A stretch of DNA of 64,000 nucleotides from an uncultured virus (IMG/VR IMGVR_UViG_3300011768_000001) (Duplodnaviria > Heunggongvirae > Uroviricota > Caudoviricetes). A program made the position numbers and the translations under genes. The DNA lies in the IMG/VR virus record IMGVR_UViG_3300011768_000001, positions 1 through 64,000 of that record; one strand, written 5' to 3'. Of this stretch, positions 63,090-64,000 are shown in pieces (the first letter of the stretch is position 1; every line of letters starts with the position of its first letter). The notes beneath the pieces were generated by a model that saw only the letters and a program-made list of their open reading frames with translations, had not been told where the DNA came from and made no database searches.

Positions 63090-64000
63090 TTCTTATCTAC
63101 CTTACAAAATGTTTTGTCTCCAAGAACAGCTTCCCAAGCTGAATACATAGCTTCCCACAAATCTTTCTCAGCGCTTGCTTTAACAAGGCAGCTATCGTGA
63201 TAAGCTAGAACAGAATGACCTTTAGCCCCCATTGCGCCAACGATACGCATCATGATCTTGCTATCAATACTTTGCAACATGATCCCTGCATCAGAAAAGA
63301 AGCTATCACTAATGAAATCGTTATGTTGCTGTACAGCAATCAATACACTAGAATAATCTGTCTGCCCAACCAAAGCATAAAATTCCTGATCTTCAATTGG
63401 TTTACTTCGATCAAGCTTCACCTTGTTACCAAGTGTCCATGCTGCGCTATTCACGTCATTCGAATTCATACCAATCAAAATAGCCAGTTTGGCTAATTGC
63501 CGCACAGGGTTATGTGTTTTACCTGTCCTCTTTTCCCATTCTCTTTTAAGCTTACCGTCTACTTTCAAAAATGACAAATCAGCATCATAAGGAGAGAAGT
63601 CTTTGCCCATCACATCATATATGCTAAATCCATCTGTGTTGTACATAAGTTGGTAGCAGATGTTGGGGTGAATGCACGAGTAATCAAGCTCAATTACAGG
63701 CTCGCCATCAATCTTAAGGGAAGATGCTCGAATGTTCTGAGGAAGCAACTGAACCCCACCGCCTAGAGTATACAACCGTCCACCACTTTNNNNNNNNNNG
63801 ATCACCACTAAAAATACGACGGTACGCTACATCTGCAATTGGTTTGCCATCAAATGTAATCTCACACCCCGATAGTAATTCATTCATACTTTTAACCTCA
63901 CTTTTGATGCTCTTAAATCCTTTGTGCCCACGACTAGGCAGCAATTCTTTTGTTTCTCTGTTTCGAATAATGGCTAGATCATTATCCTCAAGATCTTTCC
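63086..64000 (-). CDS. A-family / T7-RNAP-like polymerase-palm protein, partial (N-gap at 63790-63799)
   Basis: YRRIF..GGRLY, ELDYSCIHP (motif A), RQLAK (motif B), LQ..DS, YHDS (motif C); frame open to the window edge. Confidence 0.65.

Overview
A 64-kb segment of a lytic, contractile-tailed (myovirus-type) dsDNA bacteriophage. The host is probably a gammaproteobacterium such as Pseudomonas; this is inferred from the two-component spanins, Rsm/Csr-type ANGGAN hairpins and sigma70-like promoters. The + strand (about 2.9-26 kb) carries small early genes and a replication/nucleotide-metabolism module: T7-like primase-helicase, family B DNA polymerase, SSB, 5'-3' exonuclease, metallophosphoesterase, ThyX and NrdAB. 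The - strand (about 26-64 kb) carries lysis, tail/baseplate, tape measure, head, terminase and accessory fibre genes, plus a partial A-family/T7-RNAP-like polymerase-palm gene at the right edge. The ORF track misses several things that can be read from the sequence. (i) Four group I introns: two split the terminase large subunit inside its Walker A and nuclease motifs, and two split the tape measure gene around a 16-nt micro-exon; one intron carries an HNH ORF. (ii) A -1 frameshift in the tail chaperone. (iii) About ten putative homing endonucleases, three with SD-sequestering RNA leaders. (iv) Two long, highly structured non-coding regions (about 1480-1890 and 60950-61945); the second ends in a tandem array of hairpins with anti-Shine-Dalgarno-like (CUCUCCU) loops. 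No tRNA, rRNA, CRISPR array or integrase was recognised. Three 10-N scaffold gaps distort three ORFs. All calls come from reading motifs by eye; no database searches or folding programs were run.
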